A stretch of DNA of 64,000 bases, taken from the NCBI GenBank assembly GCA_028023455.1, contig JAQFVV010000010.1, positions 2,356,001 to 2,420,000 on the forward strand, given 5' to 3'. The stretch comes from Epiperipatus broadwayi (Eukaryota > Animalia > Onychophora). Position 1 is the stretch's first letter. Every line of letters begins with the position of its first letter. Shown one piece after another: positions 34,785 through 48,066 of the stretch. Below the pieces are notes generated by a model that was given only the letters and a program-made list of their open reading frames with translations, was not told the DNA's origin and did not search any database. The position numbers were made by a program, and so were the translations under genes.

Positions 34785-36150
34785 ATATTTGGTACACTTA
34801 TCCACAGTTTATTATTTACTGGAGTTGTTGTGCTTGGTTTATTCTATTGTAAAATTTCTTAATCATTTTTATTAAAGTCTTTCTGCTGTAGCCTAATCTG
34901 CACAAATAATTTATATAATAGGTCTCTATGTTAGCTTTTTGATCAGCTTCATATTTACAGAGTCTAAGGTTTCTATTTCAGAAACTTTTTATCCCAGCAA
35001 GTTTGTGTGTCATGAGTGTGAGAGAATGAGGGGGAATTGTACCTCTAATTTTAAATGGCTTGATAATAATTTTGAAGTCAAATAAGTTTTTGCTTCTTTA
35101 AATTTAAAACTTCAGACCTCTGAAAATGTTTTAATGTTTATATGTGCCCTCTAAATGGATCATAAAACTATATAAAGAATTATAACAATAAAAAAAAAAC
35201 AGTCTCTAATGGACAATTGAACATGTAAACATCTCCAGAGTTCTGAAGTTTTAAATTTATACATTCAAAGAAATATCTAAAATACAAAGAATAAATCCTT
35301 TATGTTGCTTTTGCAAATTAAAACTAAATCCTAGATATTATATAGAATAAATATCTTTATCTAACAACAAAAAAATATATGACAATATCTGTAATATAAT
35401 CATATAATTATAACATAAAAAAAGCTCTTTTCGGCAAATTTTAAAATTTTGCCCTTTTCAATATGTCTTAAATTACAAAAATAACCTATATTGCATACAT
35501 AATGACATCTACCAGCTCTATATAAAATTAACACAAGCCTATAATTATACTTAAATATCTTTATAATAACACATATTATACAACCCTCCATTCATTTTTC
35601 ATTATCCAATTATTAGTTAAATTATTTGACATTTTATAAATGTTCATACAATTATTTCTGTTATAATTAATGTAATTGGTTTCATGTATCTTCCTTCTAT
35701 TAATTTCTTTAATATAATTTAAAGTTTGCCAAAAAGAGCTTTTTTATGTTATAATTATATGATTATATTACAGATATTGTCATATATTTTTTATTGTTAG
35801 ATAAAGATATTTATTCCATATAATATCTAGGATTTATTCAAAGAAATAAAAACTTATTTGGCTTCAAAATTATCATTAAGCCAATTGAAATTTGAGGTGC
35901 AATTCCATCTATTCTCTCGCATTCATGACACATAAACTTGCTGGGATAAGAAGTTTCTTAAATAGAAACATTAAACTCTGCAAGTATGAAGCAGATCAGA
36001 AAGCTAACATAAAGAACTACATAAAAGATATATGCAGATAGATTATAGCAGAAAAACTTTAATAAAAATGATTAAGGTATTCTACAATAAAATAAAACAA
36101 GTGCAACAATCCACAGTAGATAATAAAACATGAATAAGTATTCTGTATAT
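34785..36150. repeat. Nested inverted repeats (foldback/MITE-like)
   Basis: Outer arms ~34785-35095 / ~35843-36150; inner IR ~35100-35135 / ~35235-35270; second inner IR ~35325-35445 / ~35718-35835. Confidence 0.75.
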
Positions 36151-36757
36151 ACCAAAGCCTTCACACAAAATAAAATAAAAATCTGCACTAATCCCCCTCA
36201 ATTTAAACAAACTACTAAATAACACTAAAGATTAAATATTCCAGGATCAAACACCTTAGATCATGTATAAAATTGAGTGCAGTTATACCACTTGCAAATC
36301 AGTGTACTATCTGAATCTATGGCAAATAAACCACCAGAATCTTCCAACACACTTATTTGTACAAGCAAGCTAAATATAACTCGGAATATAAATTTATTTT
36401 CTTGGATCATGAGCAAAAATTGAATCATATTTTTCATCAAAAAAATGTTAAAATTGTTTGCAATGATTGAGATGATAAAAAATTAAAGTGAAAGAGGTGT
36501 GGTTTATTGCTAATAGCACCATATCATTAATAAAAAAGAGAAGGGCATCCAACTCTCCAACAAATGGAATATTTATATTATTAATTTAAATAAATTAGCA
36601 TTGTACATTTAAATGCTACAACATACCCAACCACCTGTGAGTGCTATGAATCTACTTCATCAACTTAAAATGTGCTCAGCTACTGTCAGAAAAATTAATA
36701 TACAAAATAAATATTTACTTAGCAAACATTCTAAAAGTTAAATCAACCCCATTACGA

Positions 36758-37115
36758 TAGAGTATACATAAATATATTTAACTTTGTAAATCTGCATAAA
36801 GAGGATAAGTAACACAGTAATAGTATAATTAACAACACTATTATAAAACATTTAGCTACTTATATAGATGATAACATGTTCAGTAACAAGAAGGATGGAA
36901 GTACAAATAAATTTGAATCCATCAACAAAACAAGAGTCGATACAACCAATGGAGTCAGAACCAATTGAGCAAGAATCTGTTCAGACAGTCAAAAGCCTTC
37001 AGAAAAGAAATCAGGCACAATTAATGTAAGGATGTGTGTATTTATGAAGGAAATTCTCAAAAAAGAATAGAAGGAAATGCATTTAAAAAAATGAATGCAA
37101 CAAAAGTGTGAAGAC
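36758..37115 (+). repeat. Dispersed direct repeat, copy 2
   Basis: Homologous to 34200-34545. Confidence 0.75.
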
Positions 37116-37420
37116 ATACAAATCTAAATATGTTATTAAAATTAGAGTTTACTCAAATTAAGAAAGTTATTCATTAATTTTTAAAAGTCAGTAATGATTT
37201 TTTCTTTCTTTCTATTGTTAACATAAATAGAGAAAAAACTATTTTTTTTTGTTTTCTTCATTGAGTCAAACAATACGGACAATTTTAATGTATATGAAAA
37301 ATTATTTGTTTCCAGAACATGTTGTGAAATAAATATTTATCTCTGTAATTCATAAGTTGTTTTTGGATAAAACTGATAGAGCTGTTGTATTTATATATTG
37401 GACTATTTCCATCATTATCA

Positions 37421-39630
37421 ACTATTATCAATCCACTGCAGGATGGTCTCTCCAAGTTCAACTCATATTTTCTCATATCTAACCACTCTTCTCCACATCA
37501 TCCCTGCACACTTTTTTATTTCATCCATTCATCTCACAGATGATCTCTTTCTGTATCTTTTACAATCTCTTGGAATCTAGTTTAAGATTTCAATTGTCCA
37601 TTTATTATAATTTCTTCAAGCAACATGTCCAGCCCAGCTCCCCTTTAGTTTTTTCTTTTGACAATATCAGTAATACCTGTTTGTCCTCTTACCCCTGTAT
37701 TATTGCATTTTTGATCTTTTTTTGTAACTCTAACATGCATCTCTCCATACTTTGTTGAATGATCTGAAGTCTCTATTATTTCTCTATTAAGTGTTCAAAT
37801 CTAAGATCTATAAGTAAGAACAGACAAAACACATTTATTAAATACTTTTTTCAAACATATAGACATATTTCCTTTTAATATTATTTCTTCCAAAAGCATT
37901 CCAATCAAGTTTAATTTTATGATTAATTTCATCCATTATGTTTCCATCTGTAGTAATAATATGACCAAGGTATTTGTAGTTGTTAACTTCTTCTAACTCA
38001 TCATAATCAATCTTTATTTCCATACTTTGAGAAAATCCACTGAACTAATTGACCAAGGTATTTGTAGTTGTTAACTTCTTCTAACTCATCATAATCAATC
38101 TTTATTTCCATACTTTGAGAAAATCCACTGAACATTAATTTAGTTTTTTTTAACATTTACATTTTGTCCTATTTTCTTATTTTCATCTGATAACTCTTGG
38201 AACATTTCCTGAAGCTCTAAAGTATTATTTGCAAAAACAACTGACTTAATAAACTCCATTTATTTTTACTCCTTTAGCTTTCCATTTTAATCCATAAAAT
38301 ACTTCTTGCAGCACTGCTGTAAATTTTTTTGGAGATGTGGAGTCATCCTGTTTTACAGCCTTTTCAATGTTAACCTTCATAGTATCATTATGTAATCTAA
38401 TTGTTGCTGTTGCATTTTTATAAATTTTCTTTAGAATATGAGAATATCCTGGTCTATACCTTGATGATCTAATGCTTTAATCACTGAAGAAATGCTTATA
38501 GAATCAAATGCTTTTTCATAAATCTACAAATCCAAAGCATAATGGCAAATCATATTCATTGGTCCTTTTTATAACTTCTCCCAATACTTGGATATGATTT
38601 ATTGTACTAAAACCACCTTTAAACACTGCTTCTTCTTTTGGTTGGTTGAAATCCAATGTTCTCTGTAGATAAGTTGTAATTATCTTGGTAAAAATTTTGT
38701 ACAAAACTGATAAAAGATTGATAGGTTTGCAATTTTTAATATCTTCTTTATAACCTTTTTAAAATATTAATATTAATACTGCATTCTTTCAATCATTTGG
38801 TATACCTTTATCATTTAGATATCTGATATATAACTTTGACAAAACAATTTCTATTTCTTCAACTGCTTTTTTTAATATATCAATGATAATTCCATCACTA
38901 CCTGGATATTTTTTTCTTCATAAATTTAACTGCATGTCTCACTTTTTCATTTAACATCCTGGCCTATTCAGAAGATATAATAGTTATAAGAGGTATTTGT
39001 TCTTTATTACTATATAATTATTGTTAGAACTCTTCTACCCATTTCATGATATCATCTCTCTTTTTAGCAATAGTTCCATCTTTTTTCTTATTGCAGATAT
39101 GTTTCCTACCAATATCAAACTGTTGTTTTATACTTTTATTTTCTACTACAACTTTTCTTGTTAGTTCACAGTTATACTTTCTTATATCATCATCAATTCT
39201 TTTTTGCACCATTTTACAAAATTTGAGATATTCAATCCTTCTTAATGCATCATTTTTATATATCTTTATATTCCTTCTTTTCTTCGTAAATTTTCTAGTC
39301 TCAATAAAAATTTTATTGGTCAATTGCTGCTTTTTTTCTAACAGCCATCTTTGTTGCAGTTTTTAAAAGTGTATCAGTTATTTTCCTATTATTTTCATTC
39401 AAATTTGAATCATTTTCAAAATCTGCTAATATTTGAAAACAATGTGCAAGTTCTAATTTAAATTCATTAGATTGTTTCTGAAGATTAGGAATATCAACTA
39501 AAAATATTGTTTTTCTTAATAATTTTTTTGTCTCTCTAGCCTTGCATTAATATGTATCTTACATCTTACTAATTGATGATCACTTCCTGGATTGAATTTA
39601 TTAAGGACCTTACAGTCTTGAAATATGTAT
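37421..39630 (-). mobile_element. RTE-clade LINE, 3' part (end of APE, RT, C-terminus), decayed
   Basis: NPGSDHQLVRC at ~39575-39605; YKIFTKII..NQPKEEAVFKGGFST..LCFGFVDL in 38516-38704; LEEVNNYKYLGH; 88-bp tandem duplication at 37963-38133. Confidence 0.9.
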
Positions 39631-41070
39631 TGTACTGTTTTTTGTCTATTACATATTTATTAGACATGAATAGTGATGGGTTTAGGCTTAAATACATATA
39701 TCTATTGTGAATATATTTGTTACCTATCATGCTCACACCTGATCCATGTTGTGGAATCTAACCAGTTAAGCTTTAGTGTAAGTGTTGTATATTTCCAAGT
39801 AATACAGTCCTAATTATAACGTATTAATTCAGACATATGTGGTGATTAGCATTATCTACCTAAGCCTTAATGAAAACAAAAAAAAAAAACCAAATTGATC
39901 TATTTAAATTATAGGCTAAGTTTTCCTTCCATAGTCATATATAATAGTTTAAATTTTTTATTAGGCACTAGAATGTTAATTAAAAATTCCTATTAAATCA
40001 ACAATGAAGTGATCTTTACCTTGAATTAAAATCCCAATCTCTAATATAAAATAACAATTCCCTAAGATTTTTATGAACTAATGAAAAAATATATATGTAT
40101 AAGTGTCTTAATACCCAAATAATTTAAAATACAATAAAGTGTGTTGGTATCAACAGGGTGAATTTTTTAAAAAAGACTGCTGAGAGAATACATTTACTAG
40201 ATTGAACAAACTACACATTGTATCTCTTTTCTTTAATTTAGGTATACTTATTTTAAATTAATCAATAATAAAAAAAAATTGTGTAATATAATAACCATAA
40301 AGGTTTCAAAATCCATTAATCATATTTATAGTTCATTGTGATCCATCAAATTTTATTTAATTTTCACTTCTTTTTTTAGTTAGGTGATATATAGAATATC
40401 TCAGAAAGTTATTTCAATAAACACTATAAGTTCAAAGTTGATTTCTCACCAGTCAGATTGTTCCTTAGATTAGTTTTTTAAAAATAAATCTGATCCTCAG
40501 TTTTTTTTTGTTTTTTTTTTATGATTCTCAGGATAAGTTTAGCTTCAACGCAAAGCTTCCATTTCAGGCGTGTGACAACTTTATTCTTCTAAATCATTAT
40601 ATGGATGTTTTGAGGGAAAGGAAAATCAATGATGTATAGGTGTTCTAGCTGCCCATCTGAATATCAGCAACTCCCTTTGATAAACTCTTCATGAATGTGT
40701 ATGTTGAACACTTCCTGAATTCCTTCTTCAAACGTTTTATCTTTCATTAGATTTTTGCATTCAAATATCTTTTTTTTTGTAATTACCATGGCCATATTTA
40801 TTTGCTGATGTCATACTTTGCTGAAGTTTTATCAATATTTAAAATCAATCATCTTTTCTTTTATTATTTAACTTCTCTCTCTCTTTTTTAATTAAAAAAA
40901 CACAATATGTACTGCCTCAAAGAAAATAAATTTTCTAATTTCAATCAAATAAAGATTTATTATATATTTTATTTATATAAATCCAACTAACTTACTTTTA
41001 TTTTATTTCCTTATATTCCATTCTCAGCAAAATCTCCAATTCAACTGCCAACACACCTTGCATAGTTGCA
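39631..41070 (-). repeat. 3' LTR of Gypsy 2 (~1.44 kb)
   Basis: Direct repeat of 44626-46588; ends CATAGTTGCA, matching CACAGTTACA. Confidence 0.8.
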
Positions 41071-41479
41071 ATACTCTCCACAGTTAATCATGAGACTAAA
41101 CTAGGTATTTTAACTAGTTTATTCTACTTAATGTTCATAGTATACTTCTGTTTCCTAATTACCCCCCCCCATATTGATTCACTGTCTTAGATTATATGGT
41201 TTTAAAGCCCTTGTGTTATATGTATCTGTTTCCCTTAATCATTTGCTAGTGTAAAAGCATTTGGCTTATTCTCTTTTACTATATGATATGGGCTTTCATA
41301 TATATTTTGAAATTTCTTGAAATGTGTCTGTCTGCATGACTGCCTGGGTTATTTATTATCCATACTTGATCCCCTACTCTAAACCTAGTTGTGCTTATGC
41401 CCTGTCTTGGTGCCCTTACTTCCGCACAATCATCCAATTCATATAATTTACAATTCATGGCAGTTGTCTTGCCCCCCCC

Positions 41480-43966
41480 TTATGGTTTGTTGAAGTATAA
41501 AGCATGAAAATCCTTCCAATTCTCATAACCCACTAACATGGGTTAGAATGAGGGTTTTTGATAGATGATAAGACATGCCATATTCCACTATTTTCTGACT
41601 AGCCTTGCCATTCTGCAGTTATGAAGGATGTATCATGATTGAACAATATGGCCTTAGGTTTTCCTATCTTATTAAAGTACTGGGTTTCTAATATTTTAAA
41701 AGCACCCTTTGCATTGGCTTGGGCTATTGGTTATGCAGTTATCCATTTGGAGAATACATCATAAGCTACCAGGATATATCTCATTCTTCGATATCTAGAT
41801 AATGGACCATAGAAATCTACTGTCACCAGGTCATTTGGTGTCTGAGGAATAATGGCTTGATTGGGACCTTCATAAGATCTGTTTGTGTTTGTATTTTCAC
41901 AGGTTTCACACCCCTTTATTACCCATGTCACTTGAGGTTTATCCTCATCCAGTAGAACCATGTCTTTAACAAATGTTCCACCTTGTCTACCCCATAATGT
42001 CCATATATACAATTTTATCTAATTAATCTTTCTTGTAGTTCCTTGGATACTACCATTATCCACTTGCTTGCTTTTATATCTGCCAAGTATCATAATATCA
42101 TTTGCTCAAATAGTATCTCCCATCCTGTTTCCTCTACCTTCTTTCCTGATCCTCCCTCATTGAGTTCATGTAGCCTAGCTATAATGCACCTGCAGGTTAT
42201 CTTGTAGTTTTCTACAGATTCATCCTCAACCATCTCCATGGTTGCTATAATGACTTCATCAATCTGTAAATGGTTTGATAATGAGATGTCTGGGTTCCAG
42301 CTCAATGCATCCGCTACCACATTTTCTATCCCTCTACAATATTGGATGCAGTATTTAAACTCTTGGAGGAAGAGGCTCCATCATATTAATTGACTATTTG
42401 AAAGGTAACTATGGTTCAAGAACTCCAGACACTTTATGATCCAATCTCACAATTACCTCTGACCCAACAAGAAAATGCCCAAATTTCTGAAATGTCCAAA
42501 GCACAGCAAAGGCCTTATTCTCAGTTACAGAATCATTTTTCTGGACCTAATAGTGGACAGCTGCTAAAATACAATGCTCCATATCTATTAGCTTTTTGTT
42601 CTTGCATCAAGGTGTCTCCCAGCCCATATCCACTACTATCTGCCTGCATGATGAATGGTTTATGAAAATCTGGATATATAAGTGTGATCTCTCTTTGATT
42701 TTTCTAAAACCTGTTTCTTGGTTTTCTTCCCATTTCCATGGAATATCTTTCCATAATAGTTGTATTAGTGGTTTCATGTCTGTGGCAAAATTCTCATAGA
42801 ATATATTATAGAATGTGTATAGATCCAGGAATGACCTGCCTTGTTTTTATTACTGGATGTGGGAAAAGTTTTGAATCACCTGGATTATCTCTAGTTGTGG
42901 TTTAATGCCTTTACCATTGACCAAGTGCCTAAAAAATTCACTTCTGTAGCCACTATCTGGCTTTTATACAGATTAATTCTAATGTTATTATCCTGATATT
43001 CTTGCAGATATAGCTTCAGGTGCTGTACATGTTTTTCCATCCATGTATGTATGGTTACCAAGTCCTTTATTTTTTTCTTTAGTAATAATTCTGCTCCACT
43101 ATTCTGCAACCTATTAAGGTGGTACAACATTCCATTGTATCAAAAGGCCAGAGATTTATGATCTGCTAGATGTAACCTTATCTGCCAATAGCTGGCAGTC
43201 AGATCCAGCATGGAGAATACTTTCTTTCCTTGAAATTTTATTAACAGGTCATTAATCAGTAGAGGTACATTTTGTTTGGGCCATGTGATTTTTACTTAAT
43301 TGCCTAGCATATAAGCATAGTCTTACCATATTATCCTTTTTTTTTACTATTACCAAAGGGTTATTATATGGAGATGATGCTTTTGATATAACTCTCAGTC
43401 CTCCAATTGATCGTGTTGTTTCTCCACCTCCATCCTATATTGATGGAGCACTGGGTTAGGCTGCGTCTGATATGGTGTACCTTTCATTACTTTGATGCAG
43501 TATTCATAAACTTTTATTACTCCCAGTTTCTCTGAGAAAACATCCCTATATATACATAGAAGATCTTCAAGATCTCCTGCCTGTTTTAATTCCTTTATTT
43601 GTTTTATTATTAGGTCCATCTTTTTCTCTAATTGCATATTACATAGCTCATTTTTAAAATCCTCATATAACATTCCTGTGTTTATAATCTATTAAACACC
43701 CTGTTTTGTCCACGAATTCTGAATCCAAATTGGCATCATGCACTAACCCTTTTAAAATCAGTATGGCATGATATATATATATATCTGCCCTTACTGGCAA
43801 GATTTTGACATTTGTTTGTTGCTAACCATCTTCTCGAAGACCTTTTCAAATATGACTGACATTTGTCTGCAGAATTGAATAGCACCCATACTTTTACCTC
43901 GTTTATATATAAGTCAATCTTAGGATAGTATTGTAATATAAAATTAAGTCCCCCCAATCTACTCAC
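41480..43966 (-). pseudogene. Gypsy pol: protease-RT-RNase H-integrase, many disablements
   Basis: Protease-like VWVLFNSA (43736-43966); RT region 42891-43400; MVADALSWNP; integrase GCETC..DLVTVDFYGPL..YILVAYDVFSKW (41731-42012). Confidence 0.88.
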
Positions 43967-44625
43967 AGATGAGATTGTCTATTTTTTTTAGTTTATGTAC
44001 ATTTCAAACTTGCTTCATCTTCCTTACAATATATGTATATGATATTGAATTATCAACAATTGTTCAATGTTTTTTACTTCAAGTGCTATATATATATTCG
44101 TGTGTCAAAAAAAAACTACGTATATATATTCCTTCTTTCTACAAATTTCTTTAAAACCATTAATTTTTGCTGTATATTTTACTTTGTTTTTTACATACAC
44201 TGGCCCCCCTCTCCCTCTTTATCACTTTTGATTGTTTCCTGAATATTATGGTGACATCCGCCTCAACAGATAGAGCAAAAAAAAAACTCTCTGTATTTGT
44301 ATATAATTATGATGATCTGTTATTCCCATCCTATTCTTCAATTAAACGATAAATACGATGAAAAAAAACTCAATACCTATCCCCTTTGTGTTTATTCAAA
44401 AGAACTTTTATATTTTATTTTAAGCAAATCATCTATTGCAAAATATATTAACAAATCATATTTTTCTTGTTTGCCGCTTGAAAAAATTTTTTTCACTTAT
44501 ACATTATCACAATATAATGTGTTCACAATCCAAGCTGCATATACATTAAATAATATCTTGTTTTCTCATTTATTTCTCTTATCTCAAGTCATGGTTTCTT
44601 TAAGATTCATCATTTGGGCAGCCAT

Positions 44626-46588
44626 TGTTCTGTTTTTTTTTTTGTCTATTATGTATTTAATAGATGCAAACAGTGATATGTTTAGGTTTATATATATATG
44701 TTGTGAATATATCCATTACCTACCATGCTCACATCTAATCCATGTTGTGGAATCTAACCAGTTAAGTTTTAGTGTAAGCATTGTATATTTCCAAGTAATA
44801 CGGTCCTAATTATAACATATTAACTCAGACATATGTGGTGATTAGCATTATCTATCTAAACCATAATACACACACACAAAAAAAAAGTAAATTGGACCTT
44901 GTTAAATTATAGGTTAAATTTCCCTTCCATAGTCGTATTTAATTACGTATTTATTAGACACGAACGGTGATATGTTTAGATTTATATATATTTGTTGTGA
45001 ATATATCCATTACCTGCCATGCTCACATCTAATCCATGTTGTGGAATCTAACCAGTTAAGTTTTAGTGTAAGCATTGTATATTTCCAGGTAATACGGTCC
45101 TAATTATAACATATTAACTCAGACATATGTGGTGATTAACATTATCTATCTAAACCTTAATGTACACAAAAAAAGGAAATTGACCTTGTTAAATTATAGG
45201 CTAAATTTCCCTTCCATAATCATATTTAATAGTTTAAATTATTTTTTATTAGGTGCCAAGATGTTATTTAAACATCCCTATTAAATTGACAAGAAGTGAT
45301 CTTTACCCTGAATCAAAATTCCTCTCTCTAACATAAAATAACAATTCATAAAGATTTTTATGAACTAATTAAAATATATATGTATAAGTATCTTAATACC
45401 TGAATAATTAATTTAAAATTTTATAAAATGTGTTGATATCAACAGTTGAATTTTTAAATAAGACTGGTAAGAGAATGCATTTACAAGATCTGAATAAACA
45501 ACACATTGTATCTCTTCTTTTTTATTTTTTTCTTTATTTTAGGTATACTTATTTTAAATTAATCAATAATAATAAAAAAAATGTGTAATACAATAACCAC
45601 AAACGTTTCAGAAATCCATTAATCATATTTATAGTTCATTGTTGTCAGTCAAATTTTTATTTACTTTTTCTCCTTTTTTTTTTTTTTAGTTAGGTGATAT
45701 ATAGAATATCTCAGAAAGTTATTTCAATAAACATTATAAGTTCAAAGTTGATTTCTTACTGGTAAGATTATTCTGCAGATTAGTCTTTTTTTTTTTAATA
45801 AATATGATTCTCAATGTCTTGCATTGGTGGTTGAGAGGTCAGCGCGACTGCCTTGCACTTGCAGGTAGTTGCCCGGGTTGCGGGTTCGCGTCCCGGCTGA
45901 TGCTATGACACTTAAAATAAAAATAAAAAAGATTCTCAAGGTTTTTTTTTGATGAGTCACAGGTTAGGTTTAACTTCAACATGAGGTTGTCATTTCAAGC
46001 AAGTGATGACATTATTCTTCTAAATCATTATACCGATGTTTTGAGGGAAAGGAAGATCAATGATATGTAGGAATTCTAGTGACTCATCTGAATATCAGAA
46101 ATTATCTTGAACTAATACTGCATTTTGTGGTGTATATACGAAAAAAATCTTTCTCATGTCTATTCCTTTGAAAAACTTTTCATGCATGTGTATGTTGAAC
46201 ACTTTCTGAATCCCTTCTTCAATCTTTTTATTTTTCATTTAGATTTTTGCTTTCAACGTTCTCTTTTTTGTCACTATCATGGCCATATTTAATTGCCATG
46301 CCACACTTTGCAGAACTTTTATCAATATTTAAAATCAAAACTTTTATCAATATTTAAAATCAATTATCTTTTCTTTCATTTAACTTTGCTCTTTCTTTTT
46401 TTTTAATTAAAAAAATGTAATGTGTACTGCCTTAAAGAAAATAAATTTTCTAATATCTATCAAGTAAAGATTTATTATATATTTTATTTATATAAATACA
46501 AATCCACCTCTCCTTTATTTTGTTTTCTTATATTCCATTTTTAGCAAAATCTTCTAATTCACCTGCCAACACACCTTGCACAGTTACA
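44626..46588 (-). repeat. 5' LTR of Gypsy 2, with a ~315-bp internal tandem duplication and a SINE insertion
   Basis: Starts TGTTCTGTTTT; block CATGCTCACATCTAATCCATGTTGTGGAATC occurs at ~44724 and ~45019. Confidence 0.8.
45815..45930 (+). mobile_element. tRNA-derived SINE (copy 2)
   Basis: A box TGGTGGTTGAGAGG; B box GGTTCGCGTCC; A-rich tail; 9-bp TSD GATTCTCAA (45806-45814, 45931-45939); absent from the sister LTR. Confidence 0.85.
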
Positions 46589-47679
46589 GTATTTTCTGTT
46601 AGACAAAATATAATCCAATTCTGCTGTATCTTCATTTGGATGCTTCCATTCCATTTTCTTTTAACATTTTCTTTTAACATTTATTAAAAAGAGGATAAAA
46701 AGTTTTTCTTTTTTTTTTTTGCTATGTCCTCTCTTCTTTTTATTACCATAACCAAATTTACCTACAGCACTTTCAGCTTTCATTTGTTTACCAATTCTAG
46801 CATTAAAGTCTCCCATAACAATTTAAAAATGATGATTGACATGATCAAAAACCTTTTGTATGTCCATATAAAAATCTTCTACTACTTCATCACTATGAGA
46901 ACTGTTGGAGTATAAGCCTGAATTATCTGCATTTGGTACCTGCTATTAAGTTGAATAACTAATTTTGCCACTCTGTCGGATGCAATATCAATCGCCACAA
47001 TGTTATCCACTTTTTATTTATAATAAATCCTACTCCACTTGTACTTCTGATATTTGTGCCTTTACATGTCCACTTTTTAAATCAATTGTCTCTTCACCTT
47101 TTCTTCTAACTTCAAAAAGTCCTATAATGTCCCATTTAATATGAGACAGTTCTTTCACTTCTTGCAATATTCCTTAACTTGGAAGTGATCTGCAGTTCTA
47201 AGTACCTAAATAAAAAGTCATCATCATATGTCAGCCTGGGTCCACACAATCAAGGGATTCTTAGCACCCTCTGCCTTCAGTTACCAACTACTGCCTTTGC
47301 TGGTGATTTTACAGCCTCTTGGAAATAAGAGCCATTATTTATTTTGTCTGTCATGATTGTAAATAGCTAATAGAAAAAATGTTCATTCACACACACATTC
47401 ATTCTGCCTTATCAGGTAATTGAGAAGAAAGACCATAGTGTTTCTTGATCTTAAATTCAGAGATAAAAAGCCCATAAACTCACCATGCTGGCTAATGCAT
47501 GTTTGTGAAATGTCCATCCATGTTCATATACTATATGAATAATCACATAGTAATAACAACTGCAATAACAAGAACTTATGGAGTGGACATTAGGAATTTG
47601 ATCTGCTTGTTTCCTTTAAGTCCTCCAAGAGGAATCAATGGGTTTTCTTTCAGTTAACAGCATGCTCCTTTCTGCAGCC
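46589..47679 (-). mobile_element. RTE-clade LINE, 5' part (5'UTR + APE endonuclease)
   Basis: GT*NCRSL..KWDIIGLFEVRR..SGVGFIINKK..IIQAYTPT..IVMGDFNARIG..LDYILSNRKY; candidate TSD CATTATCA (37413-37420, 47680-47687). Confidence 0.88.
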
Positions 47680-48066
47680 CATTATCATCTAATATTAAGT
47701 ATTAAATGTTTTTAGAAAAATATAACTTTATTTAAATTTTCATTAATATTCAACTGTTAGTAATAACACATAGTTGTTATATGCACAATGTTTTGAGAGG
47801 TATTATTGTCCTCTTTTCTTCAGGTGTTACTGGCCTGACCAATGACAGTAGTAGTATGAAAATTGAACCTGGATCCTTAGGTTTTTGATATTGAATTTTA
47901 AGGTCCCAAAGAAGAAAGACTAATATCACTTAAAACATTGCACATATACTAATCTAGCTATTACTAACAGTTGAATGTACTTGGAAATATTAAATAAAGT
48001 TATTTTTTTCTAAAGACATTCAATACTTAATACCAGGTGTTGGAAATTGTTCACATATAAATAGAA
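47680..48066. mobile_element. PLE family C pLTR pair, head-to-head; the left arm's tail continues at ~37385-37420 beyond the RTE
   Basis: Minus arm 47680-47902 and plus arm 47903-48066 match 19370-19620; 37385-37412 matches 19367-19395. Confidence 0.75.
47784..47826 (-). ncRNA. Minimal hammerhead motif (family C, mutated)
   Basis: CAC-CTGAAGA-AAAGAGG(ACAATAATA)CCTCT-CAAAA-CATT-GTG. Confidence 0.55.

Larger units (their letters stand above)
39631..46588 (-). mobile_element. Ty3/Gypsy LTR retrotransposon 2, full architecture, decayed
   Basis: TGTACTG...CAGTTACA termini; 5-bp TSD GTATT (39626-39630, 46589-46593); excision restores RTE frame YILSNRKYIFQDC; PBS-like TGGCTGCCCAA after the 5' LTR; PPT-like GGAGAGTAT before the 3' LTR. 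Confidence 0.85.

Noticed and set aside
44297-44809. 170-aa plus-strand hydrophobic ORF
   Set aside because: Antisense across the Gypsy leader/LTR junction, AT-rich chance ORF
47230-47680. HDV-like ribozyme in the RTE 5'UTR (GCTAAGAATCC resembles J4/2-P2)
   Set aside because: Could not assemble P1/P1.1/P3 by eye; needs a covariance-model search on the family consensus
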